This document shows positions 12,085 to 24,664 of a stretch of DNA of 64,000 bases, piece by piece. The notes below the pieces were generated by a model. It ran no database searches. It was not told the DNA's origin and saw only the letters and a list, made by a program, of their open reading frames with translations. The position numbers and the translations under genes are program-made. The DNA lies in contig NC_082731.1 in the NCBI RefSeq assembly GCF_030144855.1, positions 23,870,001-23,934,000 of the forward strand, given 5' to 3'. The first letter of the stretch is position 1. Each line of letters begins with the position of its first letter. The stretch comes from Hypanus sabinus (taxonomy: Eukaryota).

Positions 12085-12100
12085 TGTAAACCAATATTTA
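12085..12100 (-). other. NTCRD: NAR-TCR D segment, cassette 1 (TAAATATTGGTTTACA)
   Basis: 16-mer between opposed heptamers. 3' RSS is CACAGTG-12-ACAAATAAA (12057-12084). 5' RSS is CACAGTA-12 with a weak nonamer CTCAAATCT (12101-12128). Lies between V and J; paralogue at 63672. Frames: *ILVY, KYWFT, NIGL. Confidence 0.85.
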
Positions 12101-12450
12101 CACAGTACCTCAGGTGACTCTCAAATCTCCCGAGGACTCGATGAGAAAAGCGAGCAGGAATTAAATCCCAGCGATTGCGTTATCCGGTACCAAGTGCTCA
12201 GGAACAATTCCGTCTGTAGTTGGCGAAAAAAGTGTGCTGTGTTTTTTTTTTATTCTCTGTGGAAGTTTATTGGCACAAACCTCAGAGCACCCGCGCCCCC
12301 GCGACTGTAGGAAGATTTTGACTGAACGTAATTAATAAAAAAATAAAACTGTCTGTTAGCTAGACTGTAAGACAGATCGGCAAGAGGGATTTTAACTTTA
12401 CCGGCATACCCATTGTGTTCCAGCTGATTCAGTAATGAGCTACAACGGAA

Positions 12451-12488
12451 GTTTTTTGTACAGCTGGAAGCTGAGGTCAATCATTGTG
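12451..12488 (-). promoter_or_regulatory. Recombination signal sequence 3' of NAR-TCR V (23-class, 22-nt spacer)
   Basis: Minus strand: CACAATG, 22 nt (ATTGACCTCAGCTTCCAGCTGT), ACAAAAAAC. Confidence 0.9.
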
Positions 12489-12782
12489 CGTAAATCCATT
12501 CGTATTCAGCTTGACAGTAATAGGTGCCGCTGTCTTCCACACGAAGATCCCTAATATTCAACGAAAACTGCATGTCGCTTGTTTTCATAGAAGTAGAAAA
12601 TCTCCCCCCGGCTGTGATCACTTTCCTTTCGGCCACTGATGGGGTCTGCCTGAAGAACTTTCTAGTACTAAAACGGTATGCACCATAAGAACCAGGCTGT
12701 AACCGGCAGGTGATGGTGGCAGACTGGCACTCATTCAAGTTTATAGTACTAGGGGTCTGAGTCACCGACTGACTCAACGAAC
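12489..12782 (-). CDS. NTCRV: NAR-TCR V exon (IgNAR-like single V domain), cassette 1
   Basis: Open frame (R)SLSQSVTQTPSTINLNECQSATITCRLQPGSYGAYRFSTRKFFRQTPSVAERKVITAGGRFSTSMKTSDMQFSLNIRDLRVEDSGTYYCQAEYEWIY. Only 63 aa between the canonical Cys residues (short C'/C'' region, as in VNAR). DxGxYYC motif, extra Cys in the A-B loop, 3' RSS, and linkage to D, J and a leaderless V. Confidence 0.92.
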
Positions 12783-12920
12783 CTAGGATTAAAAGGAGGA
12801 AAATGAGTTGAATTCAGAGACGAAACACACAACAGAGTTAAACAAGAAGAATTCTTAAAACGCAGAATGGCTCAGACAGATTTAATGTAAACGTAATGTG
12901 AATGTGTGAAATGTACTCAC

Positions 12921-12963
12921 GCCGTAAGCAGAACAAAAGTGTCAATAAAATGAAGAATCCCAT
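12921..12963 (-). CDS. NTCRV: Leader (signal peptide) exon of NAR-TCR V, cassette 1
   Basis: ATG at 12963 reads MGFFILLTLLFCLR plus 1 nt, then a GTGAGT donor. The phase-1 intron (12783-12920) ends in ...tttaatcctAG and joins the V exon in frame (C+GT=Arg). Confidence 0.93.
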
Positions 12964-13683
12964 TGTCAACCGGGAAGATTTTTGAACTGACGAGGACGTG
13001 GACCATACGGCCGGCACACTTAAGACAGAATTTGCTTCAGATTTGGACAGTGAACTTTCAACGACAGGTTTGGTGAAGGACAGCTGGTGGTTCTGATTTG
13101 TGTATTTGTTCAGGGTGAGGAAGCTCCTCCCATAACCTCCTGATATTCAACATGTGTGACGGAGATGGCCTATCAGTGGACAAGCCTTTTTCATTCGCTA
13201 GTAAGCGGACGGCCTTTCAAAAATATGATATTATTTGCTATTTTTTTGATTTTGAGAATTGTGCCCCAGACTTCCAGAGAATATTCCAATTCTTAGACCA
13301 GTTCCTGACGGAACTCAGCCTCTGCCCTGATCAACGGCAGGTTGGTGGGACAAGTTTACAATCTCTCCCTCACCTGTGAAGAATTTTCAAATCATTTTCA
13401 GCCTTTGGATACACCATTTCGTCATGAATACTCATAGCAGAAAATCTGGACGAGAGCGAACCTGCAGCCAAACAGGTTCAATTTTTGCCTATTTTAGTAA
13501 AGAGGTACCATAGGAATCCTTTCTTCTCCCTTTGTATTCACAGTCGATATCAATCTTCGCTTTGTTGGCCAGGGTATTCGAGAATCTGGAAGTCTGTTGA
13601 AGAGAAAATAATTTTGATATCCAGTGAGAGAAAGCTCAGTGCCGGGGATTTGAATGTTCAGTGCAAGTCAGTTTCATAGAGGT

Positions 13684-13851
13684 NNNNNNNNNNNNNNNNN
13701 NNNNNNNNNNNNNNNNNNNNNNNNNNNNNNNNNNNNNNNNNNNNNNNNNNNNNNNNNNNNNNNNNNNNNNNNNNNNNNNNNNNNNNNNNNNNNNNNNNNN
13801 NNNNNNNNNNNNNNNNNNNNNNNNNNNNNNNNNNNNNNNNNNNNNNNNNNN
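13684..13851. other. Assembly gap (N run)
   Basis: Ns. Confidence 1.
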
Positions 13852-14534
13852 TGATGACCTCTTGTAAAATTCTCTTCAATACTCCACAGTAACTATTGCC
13901 GGTGGAGGCTGAAAAATTGACATTTAATTGATTCGTTATGCATATAGGATCAATGGATGACAAAGCTATGTGCACAGTGTTGTCAAGTGTGGGATTGATC
14001 GTGAACTGATTTATGTCGGTCTGCCTTGGACGGTGCTCTGCAGGCTACATGTTGTACTGTTCTCTGTTCTCTGTTCCACCTAAAGAACCAGGGGTAAGAG
14101 GCCACAGCATATGCGCAAGTCAGTGGCAAATGCAAAAATGATATCGAATGTTAGGAACTCCTCGGCAGAGCAGCAATAACAAAACACGACACTTATTGAA
14201 CTGATGAGGCTGGAAAAAGTTAATGATTAAGGGAAAACTGGAAATGTGATGTGCCACAGTAGAATTGAAGACATAGGATATGGTGGAGTTTTGTTACTTG
14301 CTATTGGGTGTGGTTTTCTCCAGGATTTGAAATTAGATTAAGATTCTGTCAGATGTTACGGAAAATAATATGCAGAAATTTAATTTTCCTGTACCACCAC
14401 TGTTACAGAGGTTGTTATTTAATAATTATTAATATGGCGCCACCAGCTGTACTGAAAACGTAGCAGAGAAATAAATAAGCAAGGAAACAAACAAGTAAAT
14501 ATATAAATAAATGTCTGGAATAATTAATTCATGA

Positions 14535-14546
14535 ATAAATAAATAA

Positions 14547-14597
<51 letters not shown>
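14535..14597. repeat. Compound microsatellite (AAAT)n(GATA)n(GA)n
   Basis: Directly visible. Confidence 0.95.
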
Positions 14598-15889
14598 CGG
14601 ACAGATCAATAGAAAATCAGAAGATGTTATAAGCAAAAGTGGGCTTCGCAAGCTAGTGAAAACAGCGTATGCAAAATGATGATAATGAGACCGGAGCGCG
14701 AGAGGATGGAGGTCATTCTGGTTTGCCTATTCAGTATACACGACATCAACTGTAGCTGCTTGATGTTTATCCATAGGCTTACGGGTATACGAAGCGTGAG
14801 AAGATGTTGCAAAGCCAGGTTCGCTGACTGAGAACATAAGGTATCGATTTTCAGCGTTTTGGTGGTTTACACTGCAGGCATTCAGAGATCCCAAAGCTGA
14901 AAAGACAGAGCTCTCAGGTACGCTGATTTGAATGAATAACCCATCAATTCATGACAGCTTCGCGTTTTGAACAACAAGATGGATCGATTGACAAGAACAA
15001 ATTCGTAAAAGATAGAGGATTTTGGGCAGACATCTTTGGAGTAGGAAATGTTAGATTGAAAACCCGAGGCCTTGCCTCTGTGATACTTCAGCGAGAATCG
15101 GCCGGAGTAAAAGAATGAGACAGTTTGTAAGCAGGGTTATTCTTACCCCCACAATTTGTTACCTTCTGCTTAATATCTGTTTAGCATGAATTGTAAAGAT
15201 GCCATGCAGAATACTAGAACGCAATACACACAAAATGCCGTAGTAGGTTCGCAGACCATGAGACATATCTGGGAAAGAATAAGCAGTAGACTCTTCTATC
15301 CGAGATCATTCATCAGGACCTGGTAATTCGAAAGCCCTTCTTATGGGATGTTAAATGACTTGGTAAATCTGCAGTGCCACTGACGACTACTCATCGGTGA
15401 AATGCATGAAATTACAGCTTCTTGCACTCCGCCTAAAGAGGTGAAGCTGGATTTTGAAATCAGATGATGTTGTTCGAGATTCCGAGAGGGTGATAGATAG
15501 GGCATACTGGGAGGTAGAAACAACAGAGTTACAGAACACAGGAAATTGAATGATAGGAAGGACACAGGAGATGAACAGCCAGTGCAGAGCGCCCGATAGA
15601 AATATCACTTTAGAACAGATATGCGACATTTGTTACTGTTGGGAAAAATGTAGCAGAGAAATGTTTCAGCAGGGACTCTGTGACCTCGGGTTTGTCTCTG
15701 TGACGCAGACTTAATGTGAATTGCATTGAATTGAAATCAATTGACTTCATTTCTTGCGTCCTTCATCAACATGATGCGTATATATCTTTGGCAAACGTTA
15801 CTGTCTAAATGTGCAATGTGCAATTTATAGTAATCTAAAATAAATAGGATATGCAACAGGACAGTCAATATAACATCGAAAACGATTTA

Positions 15890-17900
15890 CTCAGTCCTAT
15901 GGCCTGTTGGAAGAAGCTATCCCTGAGACTGTTGGTTCTGTCTTTTATGCTGCGAGACACTTTGACCGATAGTAGTAGCTGGAACACTTTGTGGCTGGTG
16001 TGGCTCTGATGCCCAACCATGCTTCTGGCCCTGATTGATCACCTGTATTAGTAGAAGTCCAGAATAGTGGGAAGTTCACATCTACATTAGTGCTGGGCTG
16101 TCCGCCCGACTCACTGCAGAGGTCTGCAATTGACGCAGGTACATTTCCCATACCAGACGATGATGTTGCAAGTCAGGATGTTCTCCATTATGCCTTATAA
16201 AAAGTACTTACTATCTGAGAGACAACAAAAACCTTGAGAGGACCAAGGCAAACTAGAGGCGCTGTTGTGGCTTTTTCACCACACAGTTGGCATGTGAGGA
16301 TGTGCAGGTTGCCTCGGTGTTATTTGAGATTAGTACAATTAGTCCAGTGTCGTCATCAAATTTGAATTATCACAGTGGAGCTGTGAGTGGGAACACAATT
16401 AATGGGATGCATTGCGTACCAACAGTAGCGGTGGGGCCTCAATAAACAGCCGGGAAGAGCACCAGCGTTGAGAGTCAGAGAAGAAAGGTAGAGAGTCCAC
16501 ATTTACAACCCGCAGGCAATCTAACAGGATGTCCAAGGTCCAGTTGAACATGACAAGGAAAGTGTCGTGGTCTATGATGTTTTGTCGAGCTTGGAGAGAA
16601 CTATATTTTACTGTGCTGAACTAAAGTCCAAGAACATCATTTTCGCATAAGCATTATTCTTTTCAAGATGTGTAAGAACAGTGTGTAGAGCTGTGGTTAT
16701 TGCCTCATCTATCGATCGGTTGAGTTGGTAGGCGAATTGTAGACGGTCCTGTGTGGGTGGTAGGCACGCAGCTCATGTCGTACCTGAGCAGCCTAACGTA
16801 GCATTTGATTATTATTGATGTGTCTGACATAAGCCGCCAGTCGGTCATGCATGTTACGTTGATATTTAAAGATATAAGAACCGTGGATGTTTTGAAACAG
16901 GTGCCCACTCTATACTAGGCGAGGTAGAGATTAAAACTGTACATAATATTGGACCTGCCAGTGGTGCAGCGCACATCGTCAGCACCCGTGATGAGATGTC
17001 GTCTGGTCCCACAACCTACTGACTGTCCACTGGATAGAATCACCTGCGTACTTCCACCTCAGTGATGACCAGGTTGCCGGTTTCTTCATCTGCATCTCTC
17101 CTCAGGGGCTCAGTATTCGCGATGTCGGATCGAGCGTGTAAATATTTAGCTCGGTGAAGCAGAACCAGAGACGTTCCAAGCTCCACTGGGTTTAGTTTTG
17201 AATGCTAAGATATTCTGCAGACCCTGCAATACATTCGGTGTGCGGTTCGTCGAAAGTTGGGTATGGATCTTGTCCCTGTATTGTTGTTTCGCTGGCTTCA
17301 TACCTTTGCATTCAATTGTTGCTCCATTTCTTGAGATCCTGCTGATTACCGACAAAATATGCTGTGCGTTGAGTGATAATGCGGCGCTCAGGGAACTGAT
17401 AATCCCTGTTGCCAGTTGCCAGGGTTCGGCAGAACGAGTTTTCAGAATTCCAGATGGTTGATTGAACTGTGAAAAGTTGTGGCCCATTACGTACCAGTAA
17501 AAATTATCGTACGTCTCAGTAGGTTCTGTAATGATTTGAAGGATTTATATACTGCGCTAAAAGACGAGACATCCAGAGCTTCGAACTCTAGATTTTACTC
17601 CGTGCCTCGTCATCGTCAGCCCAGAAGTTGGATAATGACAGGCTTAAAAGCATGGCAATGGATTTGCTCTAGGATGGAGGACGTCAGATTTTGGACATTC
17701 GAATCTCTTCCAGGGAAGTCTTGTCCTGTACAGAACAGGCGGTTTGCAACTGAATTGGAAAGGGACCAATATCCAATTCAGAAGATTTGCTCGTGCTGTG
17801 CGGTAGAGTGCCAGAACAAAAAGTAGACTGACAGGGGTTGTTTATAATTGAGAGAAAGTCAGCAATCAGAACAATGAGAATCTAGCGCCGGATTTCCATA
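15890..17900 (-). mobile_element. Fragmented Rex1/Babar-type LINE
   Basis: Minus-strand remnants QQYRDKIHTQLSTNRTPNVLQGLQNILAFKTKPSG, GPDDISSRVL and GTCFKTSTV, typical of the Rex1 RT region. 3' end near 15900. Confidence 0.7.
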
Positions 17901-18499
17901 TCCGTGTTTATTTCACTGTTGGAGGTATCGGAAGAAAGTCGGTTGAGCTCAGAGCATAAATGGAAGCAGATTATTATATTATCGTAGCCATTAGTGTACC
18001 TTCGTTGTGGAATTGCTATGTCTTCCGAGGTTGTTTTGCTTTAGACGCGGCATTCTAGGAGCAATTGCAGTTTGGGCATCACTGGTCAATCTTTCTGCTA
18101 CTGTGAATCTTAAGAGAGTAGAAGATGAACTCATCTCCAAAACTCATAAAGTTAAAGAGGAAACATTCCTTTCAATTTTTAAGCAAGTTAAGTGTATTAT
18201 TGTTGTTTTATACAAATTTAGAGTCGCCAATTTCAAACAACTCTTGCAAAGGAAATATCACGCTATTCTACCTCCTACCTTCGGAGTCGAGAATTCTAGT
18301 ACACGAATTTTTTGCTACCCAATCTGCAACTTCCTGTCCCAGACCTCTTACAATTCGAGCTCTATTCCAAATACCAAAACCAAGAGAGCATTCGTCATCT
18401 CTGTCCTAACTTGCCGACTCTGACGGAGCCGCCGCTAATTGGGAAAACATAACTGCGATTTGTTATAAATATCACTAATTCGCTGTTCAGTTGCGTCAC

Positions 18500-19620
18500 G
18501 TTTTGTACCATTAAGGAAGTGGAAATTGATTAGCACTGTTGAGTTTAAATTGCACCATTGACACATAAACATTTAATGTATTTATACGTTCCAATACTTG
18601 AAGGGTATCTTCATTCTTGTCAAAAGTAATTGAGGTATAATGATACCTGACAGGTGAGATTTGTTGCAAGAAATCGATATCGGACTCGGGGACTCCTCCT
18701 TGGCGGTGGCAGGAATTGTACTTGTGAATGGAGAACGTTGTACTGACGGCTCCAGCTACCTTTCTTTTCTGTCAATTGTCACTAATACCACAAATAATCA
18801 ATGTATCGTCTCAGGAGGATATCGAACACAATCTCTACTATACAGAATAGGGATATAGCTCTCCACTTGATCTTATCAAACACTCACCTTTGATAAACAA
18901 CATAAATCCAAGCCAGTTGGGAACCATATTTCTGGCCTGTATGAGGATTTTTCAGTTTGCCTCACCTATTTCTTTTTCTCTGTAGTCGTTCTGCTGCTCT
19001 CGCTTATGTGTATCTGAAATAGACATTAGTGACTGATGATCAGAAATTAGGGTAACTTGTTTCCGGTCCAGCCACTGGCGAAAATGCAGCGTGAAGCGCA
19101 AACTAGCGTGAAGACATCCCTGTCATCCTCTGTGGATTTTTTTTTCTCTGCAACGGTAAGGATATGTGAAACGAAAGTTATGGACCTTTCACTTCCATCG
19201 CTCATAACCTCTGTCATGACTGCACCTATACCATTTGGACGGACGTGAAAGCCAATATGCATTGGACGTTGTGGATCACAATGATATTTGATTTCAGATT
19301 TGTGATTGTTGTGATTCCTTTTATAGGAGACAACTTGAGAGCATCTTGACTGGCTGTATCTCTGTCTTGTACGGGAACGGTACACCCTGTTATCACAGCA
19401 CTCTGCATAGAGTCATGCGGGCAGCCCAGCACATCTCTAGTTGTGAACTTCCCATGAGTCAGGACATTTTCATGGACAGGTGTGTCTGTGTAAAAACGGC
19501 CGGTGGGAAAATTGAGGACCAGAGTCACCATCAAGCACAATCTATTTCAGCTGTTACCATTGGGGAAACGGTACGGCAACGTGAAAGACAGTAGCAATAG
19601 GCACCGGGACAGCATCTCCC
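18500..19620 (-). mobile_element. Gypsy LTR retrotransposon pol remnant (RNase H/integrase)
   Basis: GIGAVMTEVMSDGSERSITFVSHILTVAEK matches the Gypsy RNase H motif GxGAVL...DGxERPIAFASRxL. Confidence 0.75.
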
Positions 19621-21714
19621 ACTAGAACAGCAGACTGATTAACTCACGCAGATTTGACCGTACTGTATATTACATCGACTGTTCTATTTATTATAAAGTG
19701 CTATGATTGTATATTGCACAATTTAACTGAGACGTCCACAGAGATTCCTTTTTACTCCTAAGGTATGTGATAAAAATGTGAGAAAAAGGCATTTCAATTT
19801 TTGAGGCATCCGTCTATGATTTAATTTTCTGAGCACTCTTGTGTGTGAATGGATGCGACCACTTTAAGTGCCGCTTCGTTTAATGGTTTTTACACTTGGC
19901 GAAACGTAATTCGAGACCATGATCTTCTATCCATTTTAACCCTGTCTTTAGTCTTTGCATTTGCTCCCTTTCATCCTCACCTGTTAGAAGAATACATCAA
20001 GGTAACAGAGTGTGTTTGAGAAGCATTGCTGAACCTGCTCGAGTGCCTTTGCAGATGATATTCCAAAGAATTAGCCTATGATAGCGATAAAGCCCTTGTG
20101 TGTGTTTCCATTGGGAAAGATGTTGAACTCTTCTTCCGTTTCCTCCTGTAGGTAGGACTCAGATAATTCCTCTTTGATGAAGCCTTTCACGCGAGAATGT
20201 TTTGCAAAGATATCGTATATTCTGAGCAAAGGGATTGCTCTACGTTCAGAAATGGATTGATGATGTCATTAAGACACAACTGATCCTGACAGATATATCC
20301 TTACTGACGAGAAGCTGATGGACAGCTTCAGGATTCACGGTTTCCACTCAAACTAGGAAAACGTTCCCTCAGCCGTCATGCGATCTGGTTCAGCAAGGTT
20401 GGTGCAGGGTACGGAGATGCTATGTAAAGCTAGTGTGTAAATTTTCAATTCAAAATTGAGTACTTTTAAATTTAAATTAATTACAGATTATTTCTGATTT
20501 AGACCTTAGGGATTGGCTCTTGCTAGTTTACAGATGGTAAATCTCAGATCAGCTCATTCCGCAGACACTGTTATCTTTATCAGACTTGCTTATCAATGCC
20601 AGGTTGATTGTTGTTTTTTTTTTAAACTGCAAGTTCACTTTTTTTATATCATTTTCTTTCCGGTGCAGTCTAGTTATTTTTGACTGACCACATACCTTAC
20701 CATTTTGCATTTCTGCAAGTTTCACCTTGAAAATTGCGTCGGTGAGCCCTATCAAAACGATTCACAATGTCTTCTACAGGCAAGTTTGTTATATTTCTCC
20801 AACTTTTTTGAAGTTCAGTTTAATTCCTGACCCGAAATGAAATGCGTGTCTGCTGCGGATATCATTGCTATCAGACATGTTAACTGTTCTTTTAACAATG
20901 ACCGGTGTTTCAGTTACCAAGCGGGTTTTTTAATGTCCTCTTGTAAATTTCCACGAACTCCTAGAAACCATCACGCTGTATTAACAGAGACCATCATATA
21001 ACTGTCAATGTTCTTTTATTGTTTTTTTTTTTCAGTTCAATCGCGTCGCTAAAATGGATTACATTTTCATTTGATACCGCTTAAGCAAGCAAACGAAAAA
21101 TGATCGAACTTGCTTTATAGTTTGTCCGATTTTCAATTATTACGCAAATGCATCTATATTTCAGATATAGACAGAAACATCCAGGCACTTCTACTTATGA
21201 GTTGTTGTTGTTGTTGTTGTTATTATTTTTTTTTTCTGGCAAACCCATTGTGTATGAACCCAGTAATTACCTTTGTTCCTGACATTTTTAATTCTCGCAG
21301 TCTCTCTCTCTCTCTCACTCTCTCTCTCCCTTCCGAGGAAGAACGTGCAGCATTATTTTGCTTTTCTTATGTGGAATTTTTCTGTGCCCATTTTGAATTT
21401 AAAAGTAAGTGCTGCATATCCAGAAGAAGGTAATTGCTTCGGGTTGGTTTTCAAAATACCTCGCCGTATTTCTTAGTATTTCTTATCCGAAAACCTCGCA
21501 GAGGATTAACGAGGAAATTAACGCTGCATTATGTGCATGAATATTACTGAGTATCGGGTCGGCAAAAGCACGCTTGATAACTTATTACGAACCAGCCAAA
21601 GCCGAGAGTTCAATATTGACGATATTAAGGAAGGCCACGTGAAAGAGCCCAATTAGCATACTAAACATAATAATGAAATGCACAATCAAAAAAATGAAAG
21701 TCCAACGCTAAATC

Positions 21715-22140
21715 AAAGAGGGAAAAGTGTTCGGGACACGTTCGGATCCAGGACTTGAGAGAGGTATTTAAATTTATGTGGGCGATAGATAGAGTTGACG
21801 TGGTTAGGCTTTTTCCATTGAGAGCAGCGGAGATTCAAACAAGTGGACATGAGTTGCGAGTTAGGGGGCAAAAGTCTAAGGGTAACACGAGGGGAATTTA
21901 TTTACTCAGAGACTGGAAGCTGAGTGTAACGAGCTTCCAGTAGAAGTTCTAGAGGCAGGTTCGGTATTGTAATTTAAAGTAAAATTGGATAGGTATATGG
22001 AAAGGACAAGAATGGCGGGTTATGCGCTGAGAGCAGACCAATGGGACTAAGTGATACTAAACGTTCAGCACGGACGAGAAGGGCCGAAATGGCCTGTTTC
22101 CCTGTTGTAATTGTTATATGGTTATTATATGGTTATAAAT
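21715..22140 (+). mobile_element. CR1 LINE 3' end inserted in unit A copy 2 only
   Basis: EVFKFMWAIDRVDVVRLFPL RT C-terminus, 3'UTR and (ttatatgg)-like tail. Absent from copy 1 at ~1605. Confidence 0.8.
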
Positions 22141-24347
22141 GTTGAATATGTGACTCTAAACATTTTGTTCAACAAGGCCGAATACCAAATGACAATGATC
22201 GTAGTAGTAAACAGGCAGACATAAAACAGATACAGGGTCACTATGTCTCCTCCACCAGCGATTCCATGATAATAATTACTTTAATTAAATAAAATAGTTG
22301 ATATGACATCTACCAAGTTCGGAGTTGTCTTTGCGAACCTGAAGATAAGCAACAACCCACAAAAATCTACTTCGTCATTGCGCTTGAGTAAATCTTTGAA
22401 AACTTAATTCGTATTCATCTTCAGTTGCGATGAAGAAAATGGATGCAAAGCGATTATTCTGGTTGATCATTATGGAATGCTTATGAGAATTGCTTCTGCT
22501 GCAGTCACCTCTCAGATGTTATTGTATATCCAATTCATACCATGTTGCTTGCTGTTCATTTTCTTGAAGAATAATAGTACGGCTACTTTATAAGGGATGC
22601 AACCCATCACTGACATGTTATATTTCAAATTCAATTATTTTTATCAAACATTTCGAACCTATAATATTCAGCTCAGAACCAAATAATTTTGTCGTGTTCC
22701 ACATAGACAAATAATGTGTAATCGTGCTTTGTTGTTAAACAATGACGTCGGAACTTTTGGAGTTCTCATGTGGATGGAGGGTGCTTAAACATTGTGAGCA
22801 GAATTGAACGTACCTGCTTGGTGAACTGGAATTGAGTGTTGTGCAATCAGCACAAATCTATTCAAGATCTGAAGGCATAAGAACCCTTTGGGGGAAGTGA
22901 CCACACTATTTTCATATTTACCGTGAAATTTGAGAAAGGTGTCTTGTGGGCAGATATATGAGTATTAAAGTGGAAATATTGCATTACAGCTCTCTAAGAG
23001 AGGCAGTTGGCCAGAATTGATTGGAAAGAAAGGCTGGCAGGAATACTAGCATAGCAGCACTAGCTGGAAATTCGGAAAACAATTTAGATTGCACTGGATA
23101 TATGGTCATATATTGCATGTGTTTATGGTGTTTCCTATGGTGGGAAATCCTAGAACAAGAAAATACAGCCGAAGAATAGATGGGGCCCTTTTCAGACGTG
23201 AGATGATGCTTTTTTTTTTTCCTTTGGCAGTGGTGAATCTGTGAAGCTCATTGCCGCAGACAGCAGTGCAGGCCAAGTATTTATTTATATTTATGGCAAA
23301 GGTGGACAGATTCTTGATTGATCAGCGGGTGAATAGATGTGACGAGAAGGCAGGAGATTTCTGCTGAGACAAAAATAGGTTCTGCCATGATGAAATGGCG
23401 GAGTAGACTGATGGGTTATATGAACAAATTCCCTCCTATGTTCAAAGGAATTGTGGTATAATAGTGTCAGAAGCACTTAAGCAAGAAGAGTTACACAAAG
23501 CTCAACATGCATGTTCTGAATGCGTCTTACAGATAAGAGATCTAACCTCTGCAGCAGAAACCAATTTTTATGTACTTTTGTTTTATTGTACGCTTCCTTT
23601 TATGTGAAGTTATGATCAGTCTAAGTATATGGATACAGATTAATTATTTCTACTTAAACAATTAAAATGTTATATGTAACTTCAATGGAATTTGACTGAG
23701 AATCAGCGACAGTTGTAAGAGTTAGAAATCCTTGGCGATTTGATTTATATTGTAGGCGGTTAATGTCGGTAAAAATCTAATGCTTGTCTTGCAATATGAG
23801 AGCTACACGTGTGATGACAATTAATGACACAAGAATCCAGTAGAGTGCGATGAAATATTTGATGCATATCAAATATCATATGATTGACTCGAAGAGAGTT
23901 CACAACATGGTGGCGTCCTAACAATGTTGATGTATAATCTTGTCTAATTAGGATATATGCGCCTCTTTTGCAATTGACTGGTCCCGTTGTGCATCCAGCG
24001 AATCAGTAGAAATGATTGTTTTATTGTTATTGATTACTGTCTTAACTTCAAATATGAGGCAGAATGCTGAGTTAATTTAGAATAAAAGACACAGTAAAAG
24101 CTGCTAAAACCAAAGTGGTTTTAAACACAGCAACACCGATGTTTGAACAAAAAATGTCAAATGACAATGCAAAGTGGATTTGTCACTGCTGAAAGAAACA
24201 GCGAAGGTATTCAAAAGAAAACATGGAATAAAACTTCAGGCATGAGTCAGCATTTATCATCTTCTTGATTATTTCCGTCTGTATGGAGTAGAGGTGTAGG
24301 TTTGACTAAAATTGTTCAAGTTATTTGATATTTTTCAGAACAGTGGG

Positions 24348-24664
24348 CTCATCCCGCCAACGTACATGATAGTGTAGGACATCATGTGCTCGTAAAATGA
24401 TCATTGATTTCACGCAGTTGTTAGAAAATCGGACTAGTGTGCCGCTGTTACGGTAGAGCACCACGGTGATACTCCGAAACCGGTAGATTGTACGATGTAT
24501 GGTCCGCTGCCTTCACTGGAAATCCTTTGGAAATGTATTGATTATTTGCAAAACGCAGTTTCGGGATATATCACTCTTCTAGTAAACATCATTCCTTTTT
24601 GGAACTAATACACTCCGATTTCTCAGTTTCATCATTTGCCGTTTTTATCGATCAAATGGAAAAT
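24348..24664 (-). pseudogene. Paralogous decayed V pseudogene
   Basis: Same acceptor. Remnants ISRNCVLQ...FQ*RQ (TGA at the expected Trp position) and TAC GTT GGC GGG ATG AG. Heptamer degraded to CCCACTG. Confidence 0.5.

Larger units (their letters stand above)
6285..12416. repeat. Segmental duplication unit B (NAR-TCR cassette), copy 1 (paralogue 57655-64000)
   Basis: Starts at tttctacagcttaataaaatgtccatacgg in both copies. About 88-90% identity by eye in non-coding parts. Confidence 0.95.

Noticed and set aside
12255-12280. Possible second D: CTCTGTG, 12 nt, CACAAAC between V and D (also at 63840-63865)
   Set aside because: No acceptable nonamer at 12 or 23 on either side in either copy, and one heptamer is poor. 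At most a relic.
12964-13683. Promoter elements upstream of the NAR V leader
   Set aside because: No Ig octamer was seen, only short TGACG half-sites and an AGGAAG. That is too little to call specific elements, and a gap follows.
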